Notes: generated by a model from the sequence alone, not told the origin. 64,000 nucleotides of DNA from an uncultured delta proteobacterium (GCA_963798485.1 CAWCTR010000004.1:96001-160000), one strand, 5' to 3'; shown: positions 29,487-41,839, counted from the stretch's first letter. Made by a program: numbers and translations.

Positions 29487-29601
29487 TCCCCCTCCTTCGT
29501 AAGGAGGGGACAGGGGAGATTTGTTCAAAACATGTATGGATCGGTCACGACCGTTCCCTGTAAGAAAATCCCTCCTGTCCTCCCTTTACAAAAGGGAGGG
29601 A
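29487..29601. repeat. composite PIT/BoxC-like repeat pair with an internal REP-like palindrome
   Basis: CCCCTCCTT-CGT-AAGGAGGGG-ACAGGGGAGATTT ... AAATCCCTCCTGTCCTCCCTTT-ACA-AAAGGGAGG; inner CGGTC-AC-GACCG hairpin. Inverted copy at 32312-32423. Confidence 0.75.
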
Positions 29602-29725
29602 CCTTTCTGCACGTTTCCCAGCATCTAAACTGATACGTTATATCCTACTGATGGTACTGTCATGAAATCAGGTTTTTTCGGATGCGCCCAAGGCTAGGTG
29701 GCAGTATACTTTCGCCGTGACTGCT

Positions 29726-30742
29726 TCACCCGAGATACTCGCGATACACCGATGAGAATCTCCTGAGTTCTTTATAATCCATAACCGTGGACATGGGGAG
29801 GTTTGTCTCCTCCACCCCGGCCTCCCTTGCCGAGGCAACAGGGTTGAGGCCGCCTAACAGGATGATGCCCATCTTATTGATGTCCACACTCACCTGACAG
29901 ACGCTCTCGCCCATCTTACCCATGGAGATCACCGGCTGCATGTCGACGCCTTTTAACAGTTCGATGACCTCTTCCACCCCGTCCCTGCACACCCCGGCAA
30001 CCTCGCTGAAGTTAGCCAGGATCTTTCCCTCACCCCTTCTCAGAACCTCCCGAACGGCCGTCATCCGTGCGCTGATGAAGGCCTCCGATGGATCCAGGGA
30101 GGTTCCGGAGTAGTGGATGAGGTCCGCAAAACGCATGGGTTTATGTTCACTTATCTGGAGGATGCCGCCGAATTTTGACTCCAGAGGGATGCCGCGTTTT
30201 AGCAGCATACCGGAAAACACGATGCTGCACACCGTAGCAAAACCGATGCACCCTGGCGGCACATGCACGTCGCCTAAAAAGGCCCCTTCGGGCGCCACGG
30301 CCACCAGGTCGCTTACACAGTAACCCTTTTCAAAGGCCGACTTCATCCCCTTGAGTGCATCCTTGAAACTTTCCCGGGGAAAGAACGAGACATTACTGGG
30401 GATAAGGCCCTTGCCTGCGGTTGCATCGAAGGTGGTCTTGTAGGCAAGGATCTCCATACGGGAGATGCAGTAGCCGACCTTGTCCTGGACCCTGGCGTTG
30501 CGGAGCTCCTCTATGCCTTTTTCCGTGATGAGCCTGCCGTCCCTCCTCCCGATAAACCGTGTAAGCTCGCGCTGGTCCATGAATTGAAGGTGATAGCGGA
30601 CGGCGCGCTCGCTCAGGTTGATCCCGTATTCCTTCATCCTCCTGGCGATGATGCGCGCGCCGAGCGGTTGCCCTGCATGGTTGAGGATTCTCAGGATCAG
30701 GATGCTCTTCCGTTCCATCTCATCATATGCAAACATGTTCAT
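29726..30742 (-). CDS. NrpR-like regulator (wHTH + DUF128/NRD domain)
   Basis: PLGARIIAR...LSERAVRYHL, TVCSI, FGGILQ, YSGTSLDPSEAF, GGLNP. Confidence 0.85.
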   Translation of the reverse strand: MNMFAYDEMERKSILILRILNHAGQPLGARIIARRMKEYGINLSERAVRYHLQFMDQRELTRFIGRRDGRLITEKGIEELRNARVQDKVGYCISRMEILAYKTTFDATAGKGLIPSNVSFFPRESFKDALKGMKSAFEKGYCVSDLVAVAPEGAFLGDVHVPPGCIGFATVCSIVFSGMLLKRGIPLESKFGGILQISEHKPMRFADLIHYSGTSLDPSEAFISARMTAVREVLRRGEGKILANFSEVAGVCRDGVEEVIELLKGVDMQPVISMGKMGESVCQVSVDINKMGIILLGGLNPVASAREAGVEETNLPMSTVMDYKELRRFSSVYREYLG

Positions 30743-30862
30743 CTCCTAAAGAAATATCGGTAGGGTATTGCCGATAATGGTTACACGCCGGAGAAAAAGC
30801 TGTCAACGTTTGCATGACAATTCACATTATTTCGGATACAACAAACCCATAGAGGGAAAGGC

Positions 30863-31525
30863 ATGGGCCGGATCAGAGACAATGTGTCGAGGCTGCTCTC
30901 GGAGATACCACCAGGCATCACGGTGGTGGCAGCCGCCAAGTCGAGAAACGCTGCGGAGATCCTTGAGGCTATTGTTGCGGGCATCACCGTCGTGGGCGAG
31001 AATTATATGCAGGAATCCCGTACAATGATCGAGGCCATCGGAGCGAAGGCCTCATGGCACTTCATAGGCCACATCCAGAAAAACAAGGTCAAATTCATCG
31101 TGCCGCTTTTCGACATGATTGAGACAGTGGACTCCATGGAGCTTGCATCCATGATAGACCGGCATGCCGCCAGGTATGGCAAGATCATGCCCGTGCTCGT
31201 CGAGGTGAACATCGCCCATGAGGCACAAAAGCACGGGGCCATGCCCGAGGATGTCCCCGATCTTATCAGGCAATTGAGCGGCCTGAAAAATATCCTAGTA
31301 AGCGGGCTCATGACCATGGGGCCCTTTGTGGAAGACACTGAGGAACTCAGGCCTTACTTCAGGCAGACCAAGGTCCTTTTCGAGGAAATCAAGGCATTGA
31401 ATATTGCGAAGGTGAGGATGGACTATCTCTCCATGGGCATGAGCGATTCCTTTTCTATAGCCATCCAGGAAGGGGCCACAATGGTCCGCATCGGCACCAG
31501 GATCTTCGGAGAAAGGCCGCACTGA
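30863..31525 (+). CDS. yggS: pyridoxal phosphate homeostasis protein
   Basis: GENYMQE, WHFIGHIQKNK, GLMTM, LSMGMS, VRIGTRIFG. Confidence 0.95.
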   Translation: MGRIRDNVSRLLSEIPPGITVVAAAKSRNAAEILEAIVAGITVVGENYMQESRTMIEAIGAKASWHFIGHIQKNKVKFIVPLFDMIETVDSMELASMIDRHAARYGKIMPVLVEVNIAHEAQKHGAMPEDVPDLIRQLSGLKNILVSGLMTMGPFVEDTEELRPYFRQTKVLFEEIKALNIAKVRMDYLSMGMSDSFSIAIQEGATMVRIGTRIFGERPH

Positions 31526-31535
31526 ACTTATCCTG

Positions 31536-32261
31536 TCAACAAATCTTCACCGGCATCCCGACCCTTGCCCCGATGATCTTGGCCGCATTTACCCGGTTTG
31601 CCGCTATCTCGATGGTGGAGGCACTGCCGCAGATGAGGCCCAGAGATCCGGCAGGGATGTCTGCAAAGGTCTTTGCGCAAATTGTAATGACCTGCCCGTT
31701 CAATTCGAGCGAAATATCCGGCTTGGCACTCTCACAGAAGATGTTGGTGATCACGTTCCCGAAGGTGTCTATGTGCACGACCATGGGGTCCTTTACCTCA
31801 AGGGATACCGGTTCAAGAGCAGGTATGCCCAGTTCATGTATGTCATCTCCCGCCAGTATCCTTGCCACCAGCAGTGCAAAGATATCCCTGCCGTGGAAGG
31901 TTGACGATACGGCCCCCTGGGGCCTCCAGGTGATCTCCATGACCGTCTCGGCCGGGAACAGGAACGAGAATACCCCGTTATCAGGCCCGACAAAGACATG
32001 ACCATCCTTCCTCACGTAAAGGATTCCGCGCCCGGTCCCAACGCCGGGGTCAACTATGGCCAGGTGTATGGTGCCGGCGGAAAAGAACCTGAAACTGGTG
32101 GCCAGCAGCCATCCCGCAGATATGATGCCGAAGGCGTCAATATCGTGAGTGATGTCTATGATCCGGGCTTCCGGGGCCTGAGTGAATATGACGGCCTTTA
32201 CTTGGGCCACATAGGCATCCTTCAGGCCGAAATCCGAGATGAATGTTATGGTGGGGATCAT
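31536..32261 (-). CDS. SAM hydroxide adenosyltransferase (DUF62 family)
   Basis: SDFG..D.YV, DITH, VDPGVG, GPDNG, SSTFHGRDIF, HIDTFGN. Confidence 0.9.
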   Translation of the reverse strand: MIPTITFISDFGLKDAYVAQVKAVIFTQAPEARIIDITHDIDAFGIISAGWLLATSFRFFSAGTIHLAIVDPGVGTGRGILYVRKDGHVFVGPDNGVFSFLFPAETVMEITWRPQGAVSSTFHGRDIFALLVARILAGDDIHELGIPALEPVSLEVKDPMVVHIDTFGNVITNIFCESAKPDISLELNGQVITICAKTFADIPAGSLGLICGSASTIEIAANRVNAAKIIGARVGMPVKIC

Positions 32262-32311
32262 GCCGCCTATAGTACGCCAAACCGGATGGCGGTCAATATC
32301 ATGTTTACCGA

Positions 32312-32423
32312 TCCCTCCCTTTAGCAAAGGGAGGATAGGAGGGATTTGAAATCTCCCTTATGTGTCATAGACCTTGAACAAGAAAACCAAATCTCCCCTG
32401 TCCCCTCCTTATAAAGGAGGGGA
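32312..32423. repeat. composite PIT/BoxC-like repeat pair, inverted copy of 29487-29601
   Basis: TCCCTCCCTTT-AGC-AAAGGGAGG-ATAGGAGGGATTT ... AAATCTCCCCTGTCCCCTCCTT-ATA-AAGGAGGGG. Confidence 0.75.
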
Positions 32424-32634
32424 ACCCAGGCAACCATGGAATGAAGCCAATTCATGTTTGATCAGCAAGCCTGTCTATGACACCTGCCAACTTTATTTGG
32501 GATATGATGGATCTCAAAGGAAAGTATAAAAGGATTTCATCCTTCGTGTCCTTCGTGGTGCGGAATCCTTTTCATACATCACCTTCATCAGTCATCTCTT
32601 GCACCACCGGCAAGCTTGCTTTATATTGGCTAAA

Positions 32635-33384
32635 ATGATGATCACCGAACAGAGCTGTTTCTATCCTGACAGTTACGTATACTTCGATCCGGCATCGAAG
32701 GGTTTCCAAAGGGAAGACATCTTTCTGGATGGCCGCATCCACTGCTGGTTCATCCGCCCCCAACTGCGCAATGCGAAGCAATCCCTGATAGTCCACCTCC
32801 ATGGCAATGCCGAGAATATGACCTCCCACATCACAGGCGCCCTGTTCCTCCTGGAGGAGGGCTATCCTATACTGGCCTTTGACTACAGCGGCTACGGCCG
32901 GTCCAAGGGCACCCCGACCCTGGCAGGGATACAGGACGACGCCAGAGTAGTCTTTGGCCACATATTCGCAAATCCCGACACGTTCGGCAGCTGTGTCTTC
33001 GGGTTCGGCCAGTCCATGGGGGCGTATACACTGGCGCGGGTCCTGCCGGATTTTCCAGGGCTCAAGGGCGTCATTTTAGAGGCTGGGTTGTATTCATTCC
33101 ATGCATTGTTCTGTGAGGCCTATCCGGCGCTCACGTGCACCGTGCCTGAGAAAGGCTACTCGGCCCTTGATACGCTGCCCAAGAGTGCCGTACCCAAGCT
33201 CTTTATCCACGGGACTGCAGACGGCGTTGTCCCTTATTCCCACTCCATACAAATGCACGAGGTTGCAGCAGAACCGAAAGATATCCTTATCCTGGATGGT
33301 GTCGGCCATATCGAGGCCTTCATCTCCAGACAGGCCATGACCTACCGGGAAAAGATCCGGCAATTTTTGAAGCAGAACAGTTAG
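32635..33384 (+). CDS. alpha/beta hydrolase
   Basis: HLHGNAEN, DYSGYGRS, GQSMG, HGTADGVVP, GVGH catalytic triad motifs. Confidence 0.9.
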   Translation: MMITEQSCFYPDSYVYFDPASKGFQREDIFLDGRIHCWFIRPQLRNAKQSLIVHLHGNAENMTSHITGALFLLEEGYPILAFDYSGYGRSKGTPTLAGIQDDARVVFGHIFANPDTFGSCVFGFGQSMGAYTLARVLPDFPGLKGVILEAGLYSFHALFCEAYPALTCTVPEKGYSALDTLPKSAVPKLFIHGTADGVVPYSHSIQMHEVAAEPKDILILDGVGHIEAFISRQAMTYREKIRQFLKQNS

Positions 33385-33612
33385 CAGCCTGCCCTCATGC
33401 TTGGATTAATAACCGCGAGGTGAGCTGAAGGCAACGTTTCATAAGTGGTTGTTTCCTGCGTGCAGTCGTTGCCTGCAGCTCTTCGTGATGCAGTGGCGCC
33501 TCATGATGAAAAACTTAGGGTGTGCGGTCGCAAGTTGTTAATCATGTAAAATGGCGCCTTCGTGGTGCCCCTCGCGGTCAGATGGGAACCTGCGTTCCCT
33601 TGTCTGCCTGAA

Positions 33613-33840
33613 TCAGGTAAATAAGCCGGCCAGGCCTTCCCAGTAGAGCGTCCCCCAGGAGTTTATCCTGGGGTCTGTCTTACAGATAGGGCAGAAGTGG
33701 ACGACTACGATGTGTTTCGGGTCAGAGGTGGTGATCTCCTGGTGTCCGCAGTGCCTACATACCGGAGTCCCGCACCCTGAGCATGACGTTTCGGTATGGA
33801 TGCCGCAGGTGCAAACATCAAGTTTCCGTGCCGGTTGCAT
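33613..33840 (-). CDS. small Cys-rich putative zinc-binding protein (75 aa)
   Basis: CTC...CSGC...CRHC...CPIC; GAAAGGGG RBS before ATG 33840. Confidence 0.65.
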   Translation of the reverse strand: MQPARKLDVCTCGIHTETSCSGCGTPVCRHCGHQEITTSDPKHIVVVHFCPICKTDPRINSWGTLYWEGLAGLFT

Positions 33841-33892
33841 TGAGATACCCCTTTCATGCCTTGTTGGTGCAGCTACCGATATGAAAGGGACT

Positions 33893-33907
33893 GCCATTTC
33901 TATGCCA
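33893..33907 (-). promoter_or_regulatory. putative sigma54 promoter
   Basis: Minus strand TGGCATAGAAATGGC (GG-N10-GC) about 50 nt upstream of the Cys-rich ORF. Confidence 0.5.
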
Positions 33908-34034
33908 AACGGGAAGGCTCTCGACAATCAGAGGCCTGAATTAAAAAAATCAAGTTATATTAATAAGCAATAAATTTGCCCGAGATAGTATTCCCATGAA
34001 ACCATAAAATGTGATGGGTCCGCATGCCATAAAT

Positions 34035-37000
34035 TTATGGCGTCTGTGCCATAAGACATATCCGAATCGCCCTTGCGACGGCATTCTTGGTAAAGGGTTT
34101 TTCAATATACTCTTTTATTCCTTGCTCAAGGGCTTCTTTGGGGGTGATGGTTTCACTATAACCGCTCATGAGGATGATGGGCACCCAACGTATCTTGAGG
34201 ATCTCGCAGGCCAGCGCTGATCCGGTCATGCCGGGCATGGTCTGGTCCGTGATGACGAGGTTGAATTTTTCCGGGTCCGACTGGAAGAGGGCCAATGCCT
34301 CGGTGCTTGAAGACAGGCCAATGACCTTATAGCCCAACTGAACCAACATGGGCGTTAAATAATTGAGGATCACCTCCTCATCATCTACCAGCAGGATGTT
34401 CTCCCCGTTTCCCGGTTCCGGGGTTTCTTCAGATTCCTCCAGTTCCTCCGGCTCCCCGGTGAATACAGGGAGATATACATCGAATGTGCTGCCTTTTCCA
34501 ATTGCTGAACTCACGAAGACCGCACCGCCGAGGCTTGTAACGATACCATGGACCGTAGCCAGGCCGAGGCCGGTTCCCTTGCCCTTTTCTTTGGTGGTAA
34601 AGAAGGGGTCGAAAATACGCTTGATTGTCTCGGAGTCCATGCCGCAGCCGGTATCGCTCACCGTGAGCCTCAGATGTTCCCCTTCACAAAGGGGCGGGTG
34701 CTGGGATGAAAAAAGGGCATCGAGGTACATCTGCTCCAGTGATACGGTAAGAGTTCCGCCGTCAGGAAGCATGGCATGGTAGGCATTGGTGCACAGATTC
34801 ATGATTATCTGGTGGATCTGGGTGGAATCTGCAAGGACAAATCCTGTAGAGGGGTTTATGCGATCAGTGATGGTGATGGTGCTTGGTATGGAAGACCTCA
34901 GCAGCTTGAGTGACTCCTTGATGATGTAATGGATTTTAACAGGGCTTCGCTCGGTCTCCACCTGGCGGCTGAAGGTGAGGATCTGCTTGATAAGCTCCTT
35001 AGCTCTGCATCCTGCATTGAAGACCTCCATGACGCTCTCATAGGAAGGGCTGTCTTTCGGAACCTCATCCTGCAACAGTTCGGAATTGCCGATGATGGCG
35101 GACAGGATATTATTAAAGTCGTGTGCAATACCGCCCGCGAGTGTGCCGATGGCCTCCAGCTTCTGGGAGCGCATCAACCGGGCCTCATAGACGCGTCGTT
35201 CCTCGTCGGCCTGCTTTCTCTCCGTGATGTCATCTGCGATGCCGGCAAGGTAGACTACGGAACCCTGTTCATTGCAGATGGCCGAACGCCTGTTTCGTAT
35301 CCACCTTATGGTTCCATCTTTTTTCATATAGCGGAACTCGTATTCATGCTCAATGTCCTGGGTGTTTTCTGCCATCGATAAAACTAACCCGATATCATCA
35401 GGGTGTACAAGTTTGAGCCATAGGCGAGGGTTCTTATAGATCTCTTCGCAGGGTATGCCGGAGATCCTTTCGAAGGCAGGGCTGAGGTAAATCACCTTGG
35501 TCCAGTCGGGCAGTGTGATCCAGAAAATCTCAGGACTTGCCTCTGCCAGCTTTCTGAAGCGCTCTTCGCTCACTCTGAGCTTATCCTCGGCCCTTTTGAG
35601 ATCGGTAATATCATGCACCAGCGAGAAGATATAGGAGGTGCCTTCAACATCTATGAGCGTTGCCGAAAGGAGGACGCCCCGGATATCACCGGATCTGTTT
35701 TTAAGTTGAACCTCCGCATTCTGAATGTTGTTCCCCGCTACCAGCTCATTGATAAACCATGAACGGTCATCCTTGTTCACCCAGACGCCCAGCTCGGCAG
35801 TGGTGCGGTCTATAATCTCTTCCTTAACGTATCCCGACCATGTTACAAAGGCGGTATTGGCATCGATAATCTTCCGGTCTGCAGGGTTTATGATGCACAT
35901 GGGGTCAGGGCCTGAATCGAAGGCAGCCTGGAATTTCTTCTCGGAAAAAGAGACAAGTCCCTCTGCACGCCTATGCTCGGTAACATTGATACCGATACCA
36001 AAGATGAACTCAAGTTCACCATTATCCTTAAAGACCGCCTTTCCCTGCCACTGGACGAAAAGGGTTCTCCCGTCTCTTGTCATTACCCTGTTCTCATGCA
36101 CTATAGGGATCCTTAAGGAGATCATAGAGTCTGTTGCTTTCAGGAACAGGTTATGGTCTTCTTCGGGAACGAATTTTTTGAGATAGTCCTTGCCTACTAC
36201 ATCTGCGAGCTCATAGCCTAAGGCGTTTGTCATGGCTTCGTTCATGAAGATCGTCTTGCCTTGAGGATTCACGGCGTCGTAGAAGGCCGGCGATGTCTGG
36301 ATGATGGAGGTGATGAAATCCCGTTCCTTCTTCAACTCCCGCTGGGTGCGGAGTCTGGCGGTGATGTCCCGGGCTGAGCCCCGGACGGCGATTGCGTTTC
36401 CCTCGGGGCCGGTAACCAGCGAGTTGTGATACTCCAGGACACGTTCAACCCCGTTCTTGTTTATAATAGTAAGGAAGCCTTCGTCAAAGCCTTTGTCCAT
36501 TACGTTTCGCATATAATTCTCAAAGCGGTTTTTGTGCCTTTGGGGCAACAGGTCTTTCACCGAGAGGTTGGTTATCTCGGGCTCCGAGTAACCGGCTTTT
36601 TTCTTGAATGCCATGTTGGTCTCTATGAAATTGCCCTCGAGATCGTGGAGATAGAGATAGTCCGAGACGTTGAGGAAGATATCGCGATATTTAGCCTCAC
36701 TCTTTTTTAAGGCATCCTCGGTCAGCCTGCTGTCGGTTATGTCGCGTAGCGTTTCGATGGCTCCTATGGTCTGTCCGTTTTTATCATAGATCGGACCGGC
36801 CTTGATCCAGAGGCATCTTTTCATGGGCAGCCCTGTTGACTCGGCATAGATGCTGTCCCCTTGCCGGAGGATGGAAGTATAGTTCTTCTCTATTTCATGG
36901 TCACGCTTCAGCACCAGGTCGACGATTACCGGCCTCCGCTCTCCATAAAGCGGCAGGGAGTGCTCATAGTTCGACTTCCCCATCATTTCCTTCGCACTGA

Positions 37001-37142
37001 TCCGGGTGAGCCTCTCCATTGCCCGGTTCCAGATTATCACCCTCCCATCCCTGTCGATTGCAAAGGTGGGGTCAGGCAGAAAATCGACCACCTGTGAGAG
37101 CAGCAAAGTGGACTCGTCAGGGCTGTCTTTGCGCTGCTTCAT
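34035..37142 (-). CDS. cytoplasmic multi-PAS hybrid histidine kinase
   Basis: About five PAS/PAC repeats ending DIT/NVT, GGIAHDFNNIL, FDPFFTTK, receiver LVDDE...DQTMP...KPF. Start set at ATG 37142. Confidence 0.93.
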   Translation of the reverse strand: MKQRKDSPDESTLLLSQVVDFLPDPTFAIDRDGRVIIWNRAMERLTRISAKEMMGKSNYEHSLPLYGERRPVIVDLVLKRDHEIEKNYTSILRQGDSIYAESTGLPMKRCLWIKAGPIYDKNGQTIGAIETLRDITDSRLTEDALKKSEAKYRDIFLNVSDYLYLHDLEGNFIETNMAFKKKAGYSEPEITNLSVKDLLPQRHKNRFENYMRNVMDKGFDEGFLTIINKNGVERVLEYHNSLVTGPEGNAIAVRGSARDITARLRTQRELKKERDFITSIIQTSPAFYDAVNPQGKTIFMNEAMTNALGYELADVVGKDYLKKFVPEEDHNLFLKATDSMISLRIPIVHENRVMTRDGRTLFVQWQGKAVFKDNGELEFIFGIGINVTEHRRAEGLVSFSEKKFQAAFDSGPDPMCIINPADRKIIDANTAFVTWSGYVKEEIIDRTTAELGVWVNKDDRSWFINELVAGNNIQNAEVQLKNRSGDIRGVLLSATLIDVEGTSYIFSLVHDITDLKRAEDKLRVSEERFRKLAEASPEIFWITLPDWTKVIYLSPAFERISGIPCEEIYKNPRLWLKLVHPDDIGLVLSMAENTQDIEHEYEFRYMKKDGTIRWIRNRRSAICNEQGSVVYLAGIADDITERKQADEERRVYEARLMRSQKLEAIGTLAGGIAHDFNNILSAIIGNSELLQDEVPKDSPSYESVMEVFNAGCRAKELIKQILTFSRQVETERSPVKIHYIIKESLKLLRSSIPSTITITDRINPSTGFVLADSTQIHQIIMNLCTNAYHAMLPDGGTLTVSLEQMYLDALFSSQHPPLCEGEHLRLTVSDTGCGMDSETIKRIFDPFFTTKEKGKGTGLGLATVHGIVTSLGGAVFVSSAIGKGSTFDVYLPVFTGEPEELEESEETPEPGNGENILLVDDEEVILNYLTPMLVQLGYKVIGLSSSTEALALFQSDPEKFNLVITDQTMPGMTGSALACEILKIRWVPIILMSGYSETITPKEALEQGIKEYIEKPFTKNAVARAIRICLMAQTP

Positions 37143-37265
37143 GGTTGTTTTTATCCTTACCTTGGGTTTTTTGTTGATTCCATCCCTTATATAAATATTG
37201 CCGGAGTGTTTAATGACAAGATCATGAACGGAAAAATGTGAATTGAATATATAAGGCATTCATTC

Positions 37266-39101
37266 TTAAAAGAGCTCCAGGTTCTCCCAGTTATCGTCTC
37301 CGGTGCTCGTTTTCTCAGACCCTGCCTCATCTTGGGGCCCTGACTCAAGGTGTTGCACATGGATGTCACGCTCGCTCTTTGTGGTGTAGAGCCTGTCGAG
37401 GTTAGACATGAGAGATGATGCCGCTGATTCAAACCCGGATGGACAGACGAGACGGGCGTTCTGCGCCGTATCCTCAATGGTCTTCATTACCTTTTTCAGC
37501 ACGCTTTCCACCTTCTCGTGCACCGTGATATCATCCGCTGTATCCTGGAGGTCCCTCAGGAGCGATTCGCCCAAGGTTGTCATTTCATGCAGCATTACAT
37601 GTACGGCGTCATTAATGCTGCGCAGCGACTTGATCAGTTCCCTGAGTTTGTCCACCATAAACCCTATGGTCTTTGATTGCCTTTCCTGCATGAGGAGCAT
37701 GTCTTCCTTGAAGCGCAGCGAGATGTCCACCAGTGTTGCCAGGACCTTGCTTAAGTCTTTTGTGTCTTCACGGGCAGTCTTTGAAAGTTCGTATATGCTT
37801 CCCGAGATTGTATCAAGCATGGCCCCTTCTTTTCCCAAGTGGGCAGCCTTGATCCGTGCGTTCAACGCGATGAGCTGGAGATTCAATCCCAGCGATTCAA
37901 TATCCTTCACGAACACGGACATCTCGGATACCATTTCGCTTGCAGAGTTTACCGTTCCACTTAAGTTTGCATGCTCTTCGGCAATGGCCTTTAAGCACTC
38001 TATGACCGAGGTTATCCCTCTGTCGATGCCCTCCATGAAAGACTGCCCCTTTGTATCAGAGGCCCATGCAACGTCTTGGGTCTCCAGGAGGACATCGCCT
38101 ACATTTTTTGTAATATTCTGGAGGCTTGCAATAACCTTGAACACGGCATTTGCCAACTCCTCATAGGACTGCTTGAGCTGGGCATGCTGCAGGGTCAAGA
38201 CATCCCTTACCATGGCGGCCTTTTCGAGTCTGGTGTAATCATCCTGACCAATTGCCGTACAGAGGTGGTCCAGTACCTCCTTCACATGTTCAAGCTGCTG
38301 ACGGGTGATGTCATGGAACTGCATTGAAATGACGATGTCGCCGATGCTTGAGGCTATGTCCCTGCTTACCTCTTCCACGAGCCTTGCCGACTCTGATGCG
38401 CTTTTAAATTTTTGGGAAAGGGCGTGGTGGTTGGTTACCGCCTTTTCCAGTGTTATGCGGGCGCTTTCGCTCTGGGTTCTCTCAAAGTCGATAATCTTGG
38501 AAAGCGCCAGCGTAACAAAGGACTGCACATTTACCGATACATGGTTGATATGTAATGATTTCTTCTTGATGATATCAGAGAGATTCCTCACATCATCGGT
38601 CAGCGTTGCGAACCCTGTATTCTCGGTGACGATATGTGCATTTTCCACCCGTGTAAGAAAACCCAGCATGGTGAGGTTGAGCACATGCAGTTTGAAGGAC
38701 TCGATGCTCGATGACAGCTTTGAGAGTTCCAAACGATGCTGCTGGAAGACCTTGCTTATCTGTGAGAAGTGACCTTGAGACTCGTTGATATGATCTTTGA
38801 GCTCTTCAAGGATTCCCTGCAACCCATTTGTGGCGGTACCCAGTGCCTCACCGGTCATGATTTGTGCAACCCCGCTCGATTTATCGCACATCTTTTGGGC
38901 GCGCGTGTAGTATTCCTGGAGGTTCTCGGCAATCCTGAGGAAGTCCTTTTCTGACGCCTCGATGAGCCTGTCGAGCAGACTATCCACCTGGTCAATGGAA
39001 TCTGTCCACTGGAACTGAGTTTCCGGTGTAATGGCTAGAGTGCTCCCTTTCCTTTTAATAATGTGCACAGAAAGGCTTTTCACTGTCCCAAGCAGACTCA
39101 T
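37266..39101 (-). CDS. soluble methyl-accepting chemotaxis-like coiled-coil protein
   Basis: MQFHDITRQQLEHV, LIALNARIKAAHLG, C-terminal NWENLELF; no TM segments; start uncertain. Confidence 0.75.
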   Translation of the reverse strand: MSLLGTVKSLSVHIIKRKGSTLAITPETQFQWTDSIDQVDSLLDRLIEASEKDFLRIAENLQEYYTRAQKMCDKSSGVAQIMTGEALGTATNGLQGILEELKDHINESQGHFSQISKVFQQHRLELSKLSSSIESFKLHVLNLTMLGFLTRVENAHIVTENTGFATLTDDVRNLSDIIKKKSLHINHVSVNVQSFVTLALSKIIDFERTQSESARITLEKAVTNHHALSQKFKSASESARLVEEVSRDIASSIGDIVISMQFHDITRQQLEHVKEVLDHLCTAIGQDDYTRLEKAAMVRDVLTLQHAQLKQSYEELANAVFKVIASLQNITKNVGDVLLETQDVAWASDTKGQSFMEGIDRGITSVIECLKAIAEEHANLSGTVNSASEMVSEMSVFVKDIESLGLNLQLIALNARIKAAHLGKEGAMLDTISGSIYELSKTAREDTKDLSKVLATLVDISLRFKEDMLLMQERQSKTIGFMVDKLRELIKSLRSINDAVHVMLHEMTTLGESLLRDLQDTADDITVHEKVESVLKKVMKTIEDTAQNARLVCPSGFESAASSLMSNLDRLYTTKSERDIHVQHLESGPQDEAGSEKTSTGDDNWENLELF

Positions 39102-39309
39102 ACTATCGGTCCAATCTGAGATGAATGTTTGTGAGCACCGTGTTTCCCCGCATTTTCCCAATGCCTCTTCCCTTAAATGTTACGGGTGTCCCCGACCTGT
39201 TCATACTGAGAGCCTGTTTTTTTCACAGGGACTGATATATTGATCGGTTGGATGCATGCTTTGACTTTATAATATCTTTATCCTGTTGCCGTCATCGGTT
39301 ACGAGGGAG

Positions 39310-39450
39310 CCGGCCTCGATGATGCCCTAAGATCCTGGGAAGACAAGGCGAGTGCTTTCAGGGGCGCCGCCCCGATACCGGGATACTCGTGCCCACGGTG
39401 CACAAGAACGAAGAATATATGATCGCAAGCCTGAAGGCCGGGGCACTGAG
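39310..39450 (+). pseudogene. remnant of a NarL-type response regulator receiver domain
   Basis: RRPDTGILVPTVHKNEEYMIASLKAGA resembles receiver beta4-alpha4-beta5; no intact start or HTH. Confidence 0.55.
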
Positions 39451-39479
39451 CCTCATCCCTCGATCCATTGACCCCCGGC

Positions 39480-41624
<2,145 letters not shown>

Positions 41625-41716
41625 GGCTTCATTCCTTCAATCCGGATGATAGGGAAGGTATACCACAGGATCGTATTCTTTTACATCATGTTTACTTTAA
41701 GGAGGGTGTCGGGGCG

Positions 41717-41835
41717 CCAAAGTTTCCTCCCCATCAAGGGGAATGTCAGGATACCAAAATTCCCTCCCCTTTGAGGAAAGGTCAAGGTACCAAGGTTCCC
41801 TCCCCTTCAAGGGGAGGGACTTAGGTGGGGATGGG
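41717..41835 (+). repeat. three tandem ~36-bp units ending in a full PIT-like element
   Basis: CCAA(A/G)(G/A)TT(T/C)CCTCCCC.. x3; final CCCTCCCCTTCAAGGGGAGGGACTTAGGTGGGGATGGG. Confidence 0.8.
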
Positions 41836-41839
41836 GTTA

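Noticed and set aside
31536-32261. Fluorinase/chlorinase
   Set aside because: It retains the FHGRD His/Arg/Asp signature of DUF62 SAM hydrolases and has no secondary-metabolite context.
33400-33600. Possible IS end or ncRNA in the intergenic gap (also the short CCTTCGTGTCCTTCGTGG repeat at 32541-32558)
   Set aside because: Only short degenerate motifs; no partner IR, transposase remnant or convincing fold could be established.
41717-41835. CRISPR array (also 44361-44484)
   Set aside because: Units are ~36-bp degenerate tandem copies without unique spacers of regular length, only three per site, and there are no cas genes.
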